Below, piece by piece: positions 19,948 through 30,800 of a DNA stretch of 64,000 bases (within the stretch, counting starts at the first letter, position 1; each line of letters begins with the position of its first letter). A program made the position numbers and the translations under genes. The stretch lies in assembly GCA_965223325.1 (NCBI GenBank), contig CBDCWI010000002.1, positions 2,720,001 to 2,784,000 on the forward strand, in the 5' to 3' direction. The DNA comes from Candidatus Multivoradales bacterium. GTDB taxonomy: Bacteria > Acidobacteriota > Thermoanaerobaculia > Multivoradales > Multivoraceae. The notes under the pieces were generated by a model. That model made no database searches and had not been told where the DNA came from. It worked only from the letters and a program-made list of their open reading frames with translations.

Positions 19948-20397
19948 ATGAACAAGAGAGTTCTCATCATCCTCGCCGTCATCGGCGTCCTCGCGGCCGT
20001 TTCCGTGCCGGTCGTCGCGCACCACGCCTTTGGTGCCGAGTTCGACCCCAACCGCCCACTCATTCTCAAGGGCCCGGTGACCAAGGTCGAGTGGGTCAAC
20101 CCTCACGCCTGGATCCACCTCGAAGTGACCAAGGACGACGGCACCAAGGAAGCCTGGATGGTCGAAGGCGGCACGCCGAACACCCTCCTGCGTCGCGGCC
20201 TGACCCGCGACTCCCTAAAGCCCGGCACCTTCATCGTGGTCGACGGCTACCAGGCCAAGGATCGCTCCAACCGCGCCAACGGCCGTGACGTCACCTTCGA
20301 AGACGGCACCAAGCTCTTCATGGGCTCCTCCGGCACCGGCGCCCCGAAGGACGGCCGCGATCCCACCGAGCGCAAGCGCAACAGCGGTCGCCGCTAG
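19948..20397 (+). CDS. DUF6152 family secreted protein
   Basis: Signal peptide ending VVA, then HHAFGAEFD; G.VTKVEWVNPHAWI and W.VEGG.PN.L.RRG motifs. Confidence 0.82.
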   Translation: MNKRVLIILAVIGVLAAVSVPVVAHHAFGAEFDPNRPLILKGPVTKVEWVNPHAWIHLEVTKDDGTKEAWMVEGGTPNTLLRRGLTRDSLKPGTFIVVDGYQAKDRSNRANGRDVTFEDGTKLFMGSSGTGAPKDGRDPTERKRNSGRR

Positions 20398-20435
20398 CAC
20401 TTGAGTTCGGGAAAACCGCTCCGGCGGAATGACTG

Positions 20436-20466
20436 AAAAGGGTGGCCCGAGGGCCACCCCTTTTTG
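20436..20466 (+). terminator. Intrinsic terminator, probably bidirectional
   Basis: aaaa-gggtggcc-cgag-ggccaccc-c-tttttt between convergent genes. Confidence 0.85.
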
Positions 20467-20525
20467 TGCCTGGGCTTTCCCCTGAGAGCTGCTGGTTCGT
20501 TCCCTCGCGTTCCCGGTGAGCTCGC

Positions 20526-21080
20526 TCAATCGGTCGTCGCATGGCCAAGGAGCAACGCCGCGAAACCAGGCAGGAAGGCAAACGCCCAGAGAGCGCTGCG
20601 CACGACATAGTTGATCGGTTGGTCCTGGGCAGTCGTCCAGATCCCTGAGATCGCCCAGAACCCTGCACCCGACAGGACGGCGGCGAGCCCAGAACGGAGG
20701 AGCGTCCTGGCAACAGCCTCGCGATTCCCGCAGGACCAACGAAACAAGAGCGCGATCACGACCCACATCGCACACCACGAAACCAGAAGCGCGCCAAGGT
20801 AGCCGACGACCGAGGCGACCGGGTAGAAGACCGCGGCAATCAATAGACCCGCCAACGGTAGTGTCGCCACGAGCCGGCGGCAAGCCACCCGTACGTCGGC
20901 GCCTGCGACGCCGGCAGAGCACCCCAGCACAGCGGCAATCAAGAGGAAGACCAGGACCCCATGAACGACCGCCGGCACGAGAGCACCGTCAGTCAGGAAG
21001 TTGGCCCACAACCAGTCGCCAAAAGCGGAGGCGAATCCCAGGGTGAGTGCGCCGAGAGTCGCCGCGATCAGCGCACGCAC
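20526..21080 (-). CDS. Hypothetical integral membrane protein
   Basis: About six hydrophobic segments; follows the two DUF6644 genes on the same strand. Confidence 0.7.
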   Translation of the reverse strand: MRALIAATLGALTLGFASAFGDWLWANFLTDGALVPAVVHGVLVFLLIAAVLGCSAGVAGADVRVACRRLVATLPLAGLLIAAVFYPVASVVGYLGALLVSWCAMWVVIALLFRWSCGNREAVARTLLRSGLAAVLSGAGFWAISGIWTTAQDQPINYVVRSALWAFAFLPGFAALLLGHATTD

Positions 21081-21126
21081 GCTTGCACCTCGGCACCGCG
21101 CAGCTGGAGGGGGGACGCCTCCAGCC

Positions 21127-21624
21127 TCAGCCCCAGAAACCGATCCAGCGACCGCCCCAGGCCGCGGTTCCCCAGAGCAACAACGAAACGATCGCCACCA
21201 CCCTGCCCCAGATCGGACCGACCTTCTCGGGATCAGCCATGGTCACCTTGCGGTGAACCGTATAAGTGAAGGGGATCGCGATCGCAATCGCAATCATCTT
21301 CCGCCAGAAGGGCATGTTGAAGTAGAGCTTCAATGACTCGGAGAAAAACAGGAGAACGCCGGTGATGATCATGACGACCAGGCCAATGGTCAGGTACCTG
21401 CGAGTGTTCGCCGCGACCACTGCGACCGGCTGAGAGGTAAAGACAATGCCGAGGTGGCGCAGGTCAGTGACCAGAATCGCACCTCCCATGAGGGCGAAGC
21501 CTAGAAGATGCACGGCTTCAATTGCCGGGAAGAGCCACAGCGACTCGAGGATCCAGCTGGCCACTGCTGTGCCCTCGGCCCATTCGAAGAACGGATACAG
21601 GGCGTCGTAGATGGTGTCGATCAC
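21127..21624 (-). CDS. DUF6644-like membrane protein
   Basis: ES.WLFPAIEAVHLLG...DLR...TGVLLF...F..KM...SLLLW.....GRWIGF. Confidence 0.78.
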   Translation of the reverse strand: MIDTIYDALYPFFEWAEGTAVASWILESLWLFPAIEAVHLLGFALMGGAILVTDLRHLGIVFTSQPVAVVAANTRRYLTIGLVVMIITGVLLFFSESLKLYFNMPFWRKMIAIAIAIPFTYTVHRKVTMADPEKVGPIWGRVVAIVSLLLWGTAAWGGRWIGFWG

Positions 21625-21627
21625 CTC

Positions 21628-22203
21628 TTAGCCTCCCAGCCCGTGTTCGACGGCGATGTGTTCACACCCTGCGGCCCAGGTCACGAAAGCGCCCTGCGGC
21701 ATGTCGCAGTCAAACCAGTTGTAGGCGATCATGCGACCGGTGATGATGATGCCCGCCCAGAGAACCAGCGAAGCAATCCCGGCGAGACGGGCCTTCTTCG
21801 GCGGTTTCGGGTCGCGATCCCATTCCGCCACCCGGCGCCAGATGCCGTTGTGGAAAAGGAACACGTTGAGCCCAGCAAGAAGGAGCATGATGACCTTGAC
21901 ACGGAACCAGATGCTGTGGGTTGTACGCACCGGAATGGCATAGAAGAGCAGGAACCCGGTGATCACCATGATCACAAAGCCCACGATCATCCACGGCAAG
22001 AGGCGCTTCGAGAGCTCCGAAACCGGAACGCTGGTAAACGTCACGCCAATCAATCTCAGGTCAAGCAGAATCGCGAAGCCCACGAAGAGCGTAAGGGTCC
22101 ACACGTGGATCGCCTCAACGAGGGGATAGCCCAACAAGGACTCATGCAAGGCGGTACTCCACGCCTGCGAGTCCAGCCACTCGGCAAATCTATGTAGGTA
22201 CAT
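21628..22203 (-). CDS. DUF6644-like membrane protein (tandem paralog)
   Basis: ES...YPLVEAIHV...DLRLIG...TGFLLF...FRVK...SLVLW.....GRMIAY. 3-bp gap to the next gene. Confidence 0.78.
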   Translation of the reverse strand: MYLHRFAEWLDSQAWSTALHESLLGYPLVEAIHVWTLTLFVGFAILLDLRLIGVTFTSVPVSELSKRLLPWMIVGFVIMVITGFLLFYAIPVRTTHSIWFRVKVIMLLLAGLNVFLFHNGIWRRVAEWDRDPKPPKKARLAGIASLVLWAGIIITGRMIAYNWFDCDMPQGAFVTWAAGCEHIAVEHGLGG

Positions 22204-22391
22204 GGTGTGCGGGCATTATCCCCTAGTCACCACCGGTCGCAAGCGCAGCAACTCCAGATCCAGAGATGCCTCCGCATCTCTCCCAGCCGAACGCAACGCC
22301 AACGTTCAGTGCGACAGGCTGTAGCTCGTTTCACAAGGCGTTCGAATTGCCCCATGGCCAGATGCGACTCGGAAACGACCCCGAGAAGGGC

Positions 22392-22991
22392 TCAGCTGTC
22401 GCCGGCCGACGTCCGCGGCTTCGATTTCGCCTTCGACTCCTCGTCCTCGAACCGCGGTGCCGTCTCGGGCGGCTCGAAGTCCGCGGTCCAGTACTCGGCG
22501 TGGCAACCGGCACAGGTGTTGTAGATCTCCTCGCCGACGTCAAAGACTCGTTGCGAATCCCTCGCGTCGGCTGCGAACATCGCAGCCTCCGCCGCATCCG
22601 TCAGGTCGCGAGCCCACAGGTCCCAGTTGCCTGGCTGGGAACGCGGTTTCATGAGCAGCAGATTGCCGGCCTCGGCCAGTACGACCGCGTTGTTGCGCAC
22701 CAGGACCCACTCCTCGTCGGTCTCCGGGCGGTACTCATGCAGCCCGTCCTCATCGTAGATATCGTGGACCGCGTCCCAGATGAAGTCAGCAGCCGGGTCG
22801 AGCATCGAGGACATCAGGAGCTTGGTCCCCGCAACCGGACGGTAGTCGACCGCCAGGCCAGGATCGTCTTCGGGTACCGCATCGGACGCACACCCGGCGA
22901 TTACACAACCGGCAGCGAGTACCAAGAGCAACGACAATCGTGACAGGCCCGGCGTTCTCGGAGAAGTCGGTGAAAGGGCAAGGTAGACCAT
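22392..22991 (-). CDS. Cytochrome c'-like lipoprotein
   Basis: IAGC lipobox and a helical body with C-terminal CAGCH heme motif (class II cytochrome c arrangement). Confidence 0.7.
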   Translation of the reverse strand: MVYLALSPTSPRTPGLSRLSLLLVLAAGCVIAGCASDAVPEDDPGLAVDYRPVAGTKLLMSSMLDPAADFIWDAVHDIYDEDGLHEYRPETDEEWVLVRNNAVVLAEAGNLLLMKPRSQPGNWDLWARDLTDAAEAAMFAADARDSQRVFDVGEEIYNTCAGCHAEYWTADFEPPETAPRFEDEESKAKSKPRTSAGDS

Positions 22992-23083
22992 GGTGCGGTT
23001 CCCGGGAGTCGAAATAAGGACGGCAAGGATCTACTGATCGTAGCGCAGCCTCACCGCCCCGTTTTTCCCAGAAGGCCCGCCGA

Positions 23084-24529
23084 TCAATCCTCAGGACGCT
23101 CACCGGCAGGCGCCATCTTGACCAGGCGCGGTGCGAAACGAGCCAACGGCTCGACCAGGTCCTCCTGCTGCGCCATGACGGCCTCGATGTTCTTGTAGAC
23201 CATCGGCACCTCGTCGAGCCCAGCAGACATCAGAACCACCTGGCGCTTCTCGAGGTAGCGCTTGGCGTCTTGCCAGTCGAGTGTCTTCTTGGCCTGAGTC
23301 CTGCTCATGACACGACCGGCACCGTGCGCTGCCGACTCGAGCGATGCCGGGTTTCCCAGCCCACGCACGAGGTATGCATGATCGGCCATCGAGCCTGGAA
23401 TCACTCCCAGGACACCCTCGCCGGCCGGCGTTGCGCCTTTTCGATGGACGATCACCTCCTCGCCGTCGTGGATCTCCTTCCAGGCAAAGTTGTGATGGTT
23501 CTCCACATCGAGCATCACCTCTACACCGAGATTCCTCGCGATCTCGCGGTGAATACATGCGTGGTTGGCCGCAGCGTAGTGCCCCATGAGCGACATCGCC
23601 TGCCAGTACTCCTGGCCAGCCTCAGACTCGAGATCGAGCCATGCGAGGTGGCGGAGTTCGCGCGGCAGCTCCTTGTGGTTCTCCATCGCCAGCTTGCTGT
23701 AGTGGTTGGCAACATTGGCGCCGGTCCCACGGCTTCCGCTGTGTGAGAGAAGCGCGAGGTAGTCACCCGGCTCGAGCCCGCAGCGATCGTCGTCACAGGT
23801 GAAGACGCCGAACTCGACGAAATGGTTGCCCGAGCCGCTGGTACCCAGCTGCGCCCACGCCTTGTTCTTCAAGCGCTTGGTGATCGCGGTGACATCCCAG
23901 TCCCGGTCCATGACGTCATGCTCGCGACGACGCTTGAACTTCGCTCCGATGCCAAAGCGCGTCTCGCGGTCAATCGCACTACGTAGGCGCGGCTCCTGGT
24001 CATCGAGAGTCCCCACCGGCAGGTCGAGAACCGTCAGCTTCATACGGCAAGCGATGTCGACTCCGACGGCATAGGGAATGACCGCCCCGCGCGTCGCCAG
24101 AACGCCACCGATCGGAAGCCCGTAGCCGCGATGCGCATCGGGCATCAGGGCACCGCGGACTGCGACTGGCAAGCGCGAAGCGTTCTCGAGCTGCTGGATC
24201 GACGCCGAGTCGAGGTCTTCGCCCCACTGCTGGTAGGGCGCCGGCTCGGCACGTTCTTCCCAGGCCGGCCCGCGACGACTCTCGAGGGCAACGGCAAGAG
24301 GACCGAGAGCGTCATCCTCGAGAAAGAGCGAGGGGTCTGCAACCGCCCTCTCGATCAGAGAACGCGCCTCGTCTTCGCTTGCGCCGCCGGCAACCAGCGC
24401 CCGCGCCGCCTCGAGCGCCATCCGCCGCTCCGGTCCGTGCGGCACCCCGCTTGCCTTCCAGGTCTTGCCGCTCCAGCTCAGCTGCCGGGCCAGTGTCTGC
24501 TCTCCGTTGTCTGTTTCGTCCTTGTTCAT
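23084..24529 (-). CDS. rtcB: RtcB family RNA ligase
   Basis: MPDAHRGYGLPIGG, VGVDIAC, QLGTSGSGNHFVE, HSGSRG, HHNFA, HRKGAT, PGSM, HGAGR and DEVP..YK motifs. AGGAG RBS. Confidence 0.95.
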   Translation of the reverse strand: MNKDETDNGEQTLARQLSWSGKTWKASGVPHGPERRMALEAARALVAGGASEDEARSLIERAVADPSLFLEDDALGPLAVALESRRGPAWEERAEPAPYQQWGEDLDSASIQQLENASRLPVAVRGALMPDAHRGYGLPIGGVLATRGAVIPYAVGVDIACRMKLTVLDLPVGTLDDQEPRLRSAIDRETRFGIGAKFKRRREHDVMDRDWDVTAITKRLKNKAWAQLGTSGSGNHFVEFGVFTCDDDRCGLEPGDYLALLSHSGSRGTGANVANHYSKLAMENHKELPRELRHLAWLDLESEAGQEYWQAMSLMGHYAAANHACIHREIARNLGVEVMLDVENHHNFAWKEIHDGEEVIVHRKGATPAGEGVLGVIPGSMADHAYLVRGLGNPASLESAAHGAGRVMSRTQAKKTLDWQDAKRYLEKRQVVLMSAGLDEVPMVYKNIEAVMAQQEDLVEPLARFAPRLVKMAPAGERPED

Positions 24530-24669
24530 GGCAATCTCCTCGACCACACCCGAGCGCTGTCAGAGGACTTGGTCTCGCAATCGACCAGGACGCTGAACTC
24601 GCCATCTTTGGTCGCTGCATCGAAGGGCAGTAACCCACCAACGACTGAGGCGTTGATCTCTATTCCACC

Positions 24670-25586
24670 TCAGAACCGCAACGACAGCACCGGGCATGCC
24701 GCCTCTCGCATCACCCGTTCCGCCGTCGTTCCGAGCAGTGCCTGGCTGAATCCGCGTAGTCCACGGCTCCCGAGCACGATCATGTCGACCTCGTTAGCTT
24801 CTGCCATCGCGAGAATCTCCTCGTGGGCCACTCCTCGTAGCGTCCAGGGCGTGATCGAGACATCGGTCTTCGGAAGACCATCCACCAGGCCGGCGAGTGT
24901 GCTCTCAGCTTCCTCGAGCGTCAATCCATCGCGGGTCGTTTCCCCCTCGACGATGCTCAACACGGTGACTGAAGCACCGCTGCACTTCGCAATGGAAACG
25001 GCCGAGCGAAGGACGAGCGATGCGACCTTGCTCAGGTCAACCGCCACGAGAATCCGGCGCAGTGAGCGCTCGCGCTCAGGCTCGAGAGGACAGATCAGCA
25101 CAGACCCGCTTGCTTTCCTGACCACCTCGTCGGCCACGTTGCCAAGGAAGAGGCGCCGGAAACCGCGGTGACCGTGGGTTCCGACGACGATGACGTCGGC
25201 GCCGAGGGCGACGGCATGTTCGGTGATGCCGTCGGCGACCGACGTCGCGGTGATGACCTCTCCGCTGAGTTCGAATCCCAGTTGGTCACGGGCCCAGGCC
25301 ACTTCTTCCTCCATCCGCGCCCTGGTTCCCTTCATGAACGCCCTCATGTACTTCTCTGCCAGCGTCGCCGACGTGAAAACCGGGTAGACCGGGACCGAGC
25401 CCGAGAGGCGCTTCCATAGTTGGGGACCACCGCCACCAGTTCGGCGACGGCTCCGAACTCACCGGCCAGGAGGACTCCTTCTTCGAGGGCCGCCCGACTG
25501 CCATCGGAGAAGTCCGTTGCAATCAACACCCTGTCGGGAGAGAACACCTCTCCTTCGGCCTTCGTCGTTTCGTTTCGATCGGTCAT
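24670..25586 (-). pseudogene. Tandem-domain universal stress protein with an apparent frameshift near 25407
   Basis: The N-terminus (RVLIATDFSDGSRAAL) is in ORF 25344-25628. The remainder (ADVIVVGTHGHRG...LGNVADEV; RILVAVDLS...GSRG...LGTTAERV) is in ORF 24670-25347. One extra C restores a continuous frame. Confidence 0.75.
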
Positions 25587-25790
25587 GGTTGTTGAACCTC
25601 CGGTTGATCGGTAGTCGTTGCGAAGCAACCCGGCCCGGGCCCCAGCGGCGAATTCTCATGCCTAACATAACCCCCGGAGCAGGCCGCAGGGACATCGGGA
25701 GAAGCCTGGTCGAATGTAGTTGGTTTGCGGAGCCTCCTTTTGGAGGGATCACCGCCGTCTCGGGTGCTCGGGCTCTGGCCGGGGGAAACG

Positions 25791-27389
25791 TCAAGGGAGA
25801 GCTGCTGGAAGAGCACCGAGGTGCCGAGCGATCTGCCCAACGGTTTCGTCCAGGTCGATCGTCGTGCTGACTGTCATGTGCTCACAGGAGAGAAGCTCGA
25901 CAACTGGCTCCCAGCGTGCCATGAACTGATCGAGAATCTCGAGGCGGCCGTCCGAGACCCCGGTGCGCTGCTGGCGCTCCTCGAGACGCTCTACCAGCAC
26001 CCGGCGCGGGGCATGACACTCGGCGAAGTGGAACGGAACTCCCTCGACACGGGCCAGGTGCCGCGCAGCTGTCCTCTCTGCCGCGCCGCGGAACGACGCA
26101 TCGATGACGACCGGGCGGCCAGACCGCAGCACGACGCGAGCGCGCCGCAGGACTTCGCGGTAGGTCTTCTCGGTCATCTTCGATGAGTAGGCACCTTCGA
26201 AGGCAGGGACGTGAATCGGTTGCTCAGGCTCGACCCCAAGGAGGTGCTTGCGGGTGGGGTCGGCGCTCACCACTGCACCTCCCAGCCGAAAGGCGAGCTC
26301 GTTCGCGACGGTGCTCTTACCGGAAGCGATGAGCCCCCCCACGGCCACCACCATCGGCGCCTGCAGGGACCGCCGCTCCGAGGCGAGAGCGAGCAGGAAG
26401 AAGCGCCGGGCCTCAGCCTCGGCGCGTTGCCGGGTTGCGGCCGAAATGGAGGGGTCCTCGGCCGTGAGGAGCGCGACCTTGCCGCGGACGAAGGCCCGGT
26501 AGCTCTCGTAGAAGTCGATCAGTTCGTAGAGGTCGTAGTCATTGCTCGCTCGGCTGTACTGACTGAGGAAGCGCTCAGCGAGGAGTGCCGCGCCGTGCCA
26601 GGTGAGGTCCATGGCGAGGAACGTGATGTCCGCGCAGACGTCACTGAAGCGGAAGCGCTCGTTGAACTCGATGCAGTCGATCACGCGGATGTTAGACCCT
26701 CGTTCCTGGGCCTCGTCGTTCGAACCGCTCTCCTGTCGGGTGTCGAGGGTTTGCTCCAGGTCGTCGTAGTAGACGTGCTCGAGCCGCAGGTCGCCATGAC
26801 AGTCCCGGACGCGTCCCTGCTCGGTTCGTGTTCGGAAGGCGCTTTCGTGGTCAGCGAGGAACTCCAGTTGCCGGGTCTCGATCTCAGTTAGTTCGGCCGG
26901 CGTCAGGAACGAAAGGATCGCATCCGCAGTCTGCGAAAGGTTCTCGATCACGTTCTGCTCGATTACCTCGAGCGCACCGAAGCGAGTCGTTTCCTCGTCG
27001 CAACGTGCTCGGCGGTGGAAGTCAGCGAGCAGTGCAGCCAGACCATCGATCTCGGCAGAGCCGAGGCGGCCCGCCTCGAGGAGCAGATCCGCTCGTCGGT
27101 TCTCGGCGAGACGGCGCATCACCACGACCCAATCGATGATCTCGCCGTCGCTACCTTCGATCGCATCGACCCCGAGATAGACCTCTCTTGCGAGCCGGCG
27201 GTTGAGTCTTACCTCCTCTCGACAGGCAGCAGCGCGTCGTTCGAGCGTCGTGAAGTCGAGGAACCCGAGATCCACTGGCTTTTTGCGTTTGTAGACCAGC
27301 CGGTCGTCTAGGTAGACCTTCGAGATGTGGGTCTCGACGGCTGGAAGCCGTTCGAGCTGCTCTAGGGTGAGGGGAGCCATCGCTGCCAT
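25791..27389 (-). CDS. Bifunctional APH-like kinase plus P-loop AAA_33 kinase (COG2187/COG0645; Rv2004c-like)
   Basis: ETHIS, KKPVDLGFLDFTTLERR, E..LNRRLA, RDCHGDLRLEH and IDCIEFNERFR motifs; Walker A GLIASGKST. Confidence 0.9.
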   Translation of the reverse strand: MAAMAPLTLEQLERLPAVETHISKVYLDDRLVYKRKKPVDLGFLDFTTLERRAAACREEVRLNRRLAREVYLGVDAIEGSDGEIIDWVVVMRRLAENRRADLLLEAGRLGSAEIDGLAALLADFHRRARCDEETTRFGALEVIEQNVIENLSQTADAILSFLTPAELTEIETRQLEFLADHESAFRTRTEQGRVRDCHGDLRLEHVYYDDLEQTLDTRQESGSNDEAQERGSNIRVIDCIEFNERFRFSDVCADITFLAMDLTWHGAALLAERFLSQYSRASNDYDLYELIDFYESYRAFVRGKVALLTAEDPSISAATRQRAEAEARRFFLLALASERRSLQAPMVVAVGGLIASGKSTVANELAFRLGGAVVSADPTRKHLLGVEPEQPIHVPAFEGAYSSKMTEKTYREVLRRARVVLRSGRPVVIDASFRGAAERTAARHLARVEGVPFHFAECHAPRRVLVERLEERQQRTGVSDGRLEILDQFMARWEPVVELLSCEHMTVSTTIDLDETVGQIARHLGALPAALP

Positions 27390-27472
27390 CGTCGGTCGTT
27401 CTCCCGTGCAGATGAGTCGTCCTCGAAAAGGATTTCCCGCCGCGCCACGCGGCACTATCGTGGAAAACCAGG

Positions 27473-27751
27473 ATGACCCCGGTCGATGCGCCGGGCGACA
27501 CTGGGGTCGCTACGAGGTCCGCTACGGGGAACCCGGGGTTCCTCGATCGCCTTCACGGCCATTCTCGGGCGACGGCAGGCATCGCGTTCGCGTTGGTCTT
27601 GCGCTATGGGCTGGACTTGCTCCTCGAGACCCCATATGCCTACATCGTCATGGCGCTGGGCATGAGCCTGGTAGTTGGCCTGGCCTCAGGGGTCCTTCCG
27701 GCCGAGAAGGCGGCTGCTCTCGCGCCGATCGACGCGGCGCGCGCCGAATAA
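27473..27751 (+). pseudogene. C-terminal remnant of a MacB/FtsX-type ABC permease
   Basis: Ends in VVGLASGVLPAEKAAALAPIDAARAE, matching the MacB-like G..PA..AA.L.P..ALR.E tail. Only the last two TM segments are present. Confidence 0.6.
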
Positions 27752-27819
27752 AGCGAACCGCCATTGGCAGCGCCATAGCTCCCCGGCCCGCGCGGCCTCG
27801 TGGGGCCTCCCCGTTCGGA

Positions 27820-30800
27820 TCATTCTCCGAGCCAACGGTGCGGTAGCGGTTGGCGGTGACTTCGGCTCTCGACCAGGAAGTGCAGCACCGGAACCACCAG
27901 CAGAGTGAGCGCGGTCGAAGCCAGGGCGCCGAACATGAGAGCAATCGCCAGTCCCTGGAAGATCGGGTCGAACAGAATCACCACCGCGCCAACGACCACG
28001 GTGCCAGCAGTCAGGAGAATCGGTCGCAAGCGGGTCGCTCCGGCTGCGACGACCGCTTCGCCGAGCGTCATGCCCCCGGCCTCCGAGAGGTGGACGAAAT
28101 CGATCAGCAGAACCGAGTTGCGCACCATGATCCCGGCGAGAGCGATGAAGCCGATCATCGAGGTGGCGGTGAAGAAGGCACCGAAAACGAAGTGGCCCGG
28201 GAGCACGCCGACCAGACCTAGAGGGATCGCAACCATCATCACCAGTGGCGTCCGGAATGAGCGGAACCAGCCGATGAGTAGCACGTAGATCAGCACCAGG
28301 ACGAGTCCGAAGGCGGCGCCGAGATCGCGGAAGACTTCATAGGTGATCTGCCATTCACCGTCCCATTTGAGGGCCGGGCGATCGGTGTTCTCGGGCTCGG
28401 CGCGATAGTGCTGTGTGACGGAGCCCCCAAACTCCTTTTCGATCTCGCGGCTCATCTCGAGGATCGCGTACACCGGGCTCTCCGACTCTCCAGCGACGTC
28501 CGATAGGACGTACACCACCGGCCGGAGATTCTTGCGATGCCGGCTGCGCTCGCGCGGCCGCTCCTCGAGCGTCGTCAACTCGCTCACCGGCACCAGGGAT
28601 CCCCCTTCCGAAGCGAGCCGCAAAGCGCCAAGACGCTCGGGACTCGACCGTGCCGATCGTGGGACCCGGAGTTCGACAGGGACCGGTTCCTCCGCGGCTT
28701 CACGGTGGAGTAGCCCGACCTTCTCGCCAGCGACGGCGAGGCGTAGCGCGCGGGCAACCCGCGCCTCCGGAACGCCGGCCAGCGCAGCCTTCTGTGGATC
28801 GACCGCATAGCTCAGCTTGCGCTGCTCGGCCTCTGGGGTCCAGTCGACGTCGACCACATCGGCGGCCCGGGCGAAGATCGACAAGACTCCCTCGGCGGTT
28901 ACCAGACGTTCCTCCTGGCTTGGGCCGTAGATCTCGGCCACCACGGTCGAAAGTACGGGCGGCCCGGGCGGTACCTCGAGTACCTTGATCGCCGCGCCGT
29001 GCTTCGAGGCGACCTCCTGGAGGGGGGCACGCAGTCTTCGGGCAATGGTGTGGCTCTGGGCGCTTCGTCTTGACTTGTGCGACAGGTTGACCTGGAGATC
29101 CGCGACGTGGGCACCACGACGCAGGTCGTAGTGCCGCACCAGGCCACTGAATCCGATCGGCGCTGCAACACCGCTGTAGATCTGCACATCAGTGACCTCG
29201 GGCGACGCGACGAGGACCTCGGCGAGGTCAGTACCCACCGCGTGCGTCGTGGCTAGCGTGGTTCCCTCCGGCATGTCCACGATTACCTGGAACTCACTCT
29301 TGTTGTCGAACGGCAGCATCTTGACGTTCACCAGGCCTAGCGGGACCATCGCCACTGAGACCAGAAGGGCTGCGACGACCAGCGCGAGCATCATGAACGA
29401 GCGTCGGCGATGCACCAGCAAGGGCACCAGCAGACGCTCGTAGAGACGGTAGAGACGGCTTTCGGAGCCGATCTCGTGGTCGGCGTCCGCGCCGCGGGTT
29501 CCCTCGTCGGTGGCGGCCACCGCCGCGTCCGGCTCCCGTTCGCGGACCAGAATGCGGTAGGCGAACCAGGGCGTAACCACCAGCGCGACGAGCAGGGAAA
29601 AGCCCATCGCCAGCGACGCACCGGTGGGCATAGGCTCCATGTAGGGACCCATCAAACCGCGGACGAAAGCCATCGGAAGCACGGCAACAATCACCGTGAG
29701 GGTCGCGAGGATGGTCGGGTTGCCGACCTCCTGAACCGCGGCGACCGCGACATCGCGCACGGCCGAGCCCTGCATTGCTACGCCCTTGGCGCGTGCCCGC
29801 GCGACATGGCGCACGATATTCTCGACGACAATGATCGAGTCGTCGACGACGATCCCGGTGACGAAGATGAGTGCGAACAGCGTCACCCGGTTCAGGGTGT
29901 AGCCGAAGGTGTAGTAGACGAATAGGGTGAGTGCGAACGAAACCGGCACCGAGATAAACACCACCAACGCGCCGCGCCATCCCAGCGCCAGTCCGATGAG
30001 GATCGAAACCGAGACGATGGCGAGGACGAGATGCCGTAGCAGTTCCATCGCCTTCTCGTTCGCCGTTTCACCGTAGTTGCGGGTGATGGCGACCTCGATC
30101 TCGTCCGGAATCAGAATGCCCCGTGCCTGCTCGACGGCCTGGAGCACCCGGTTGGCGACCTTGTAGGCGTCGGCGCCCTTGCGCTTGGCGAGGGTGAGAG
30201 TGACCGCGGGGTAGAGCGGCGAGATACCCTCGGGGTGGGCGGCGCCCCGGCGAGTCATGACGAGGTTGTCAGTGTCGGTTGGCCCCTCGAGCACGCTCGC
30301 TACCTGGTCGAGAGCGATCGGTCGCGGTCCTGAGGCTGACGGTTTCACACCGAGGATTCGCTCGCCGACCTCCTCTGGAGTCTCGAAAAGCGCGCCTCCC
30401 TCGATCAACACCTCCTGATTGGCACGCGAGACCGCTCCCGCCACCACGGCCCGGTTGCCGACCATGAGCCGATCGGCGACCTGGGTAGGTCCGAGTCCGG
30501 AGGCCGCCAGTGCTTCAGGGTCGAGTTCGAGTCGCAACGCCCGCGGATGACCGCCGATGATCTCGACCCTGGCAACGTCGTCGAGGGCGCTCAGGCGCCG
30601 GCGAAGTTCGCCGGCGAGCCTGCGCAAAGAATCCGAGTCCCAGCGTTCGGGCGCCTCCGGACTCGACAGGGTGAGCGCAAGAATCGGCACGTCGTCGATG
30701 CTGCGGGAACGCACAAGCGGCACGGTCGCTCCGGGAGGCACGGCGTCGAGCCCTCTGATCAGCTTCTCGTAGACCTTGACCAGGCTGCGCTCGAGATCCT

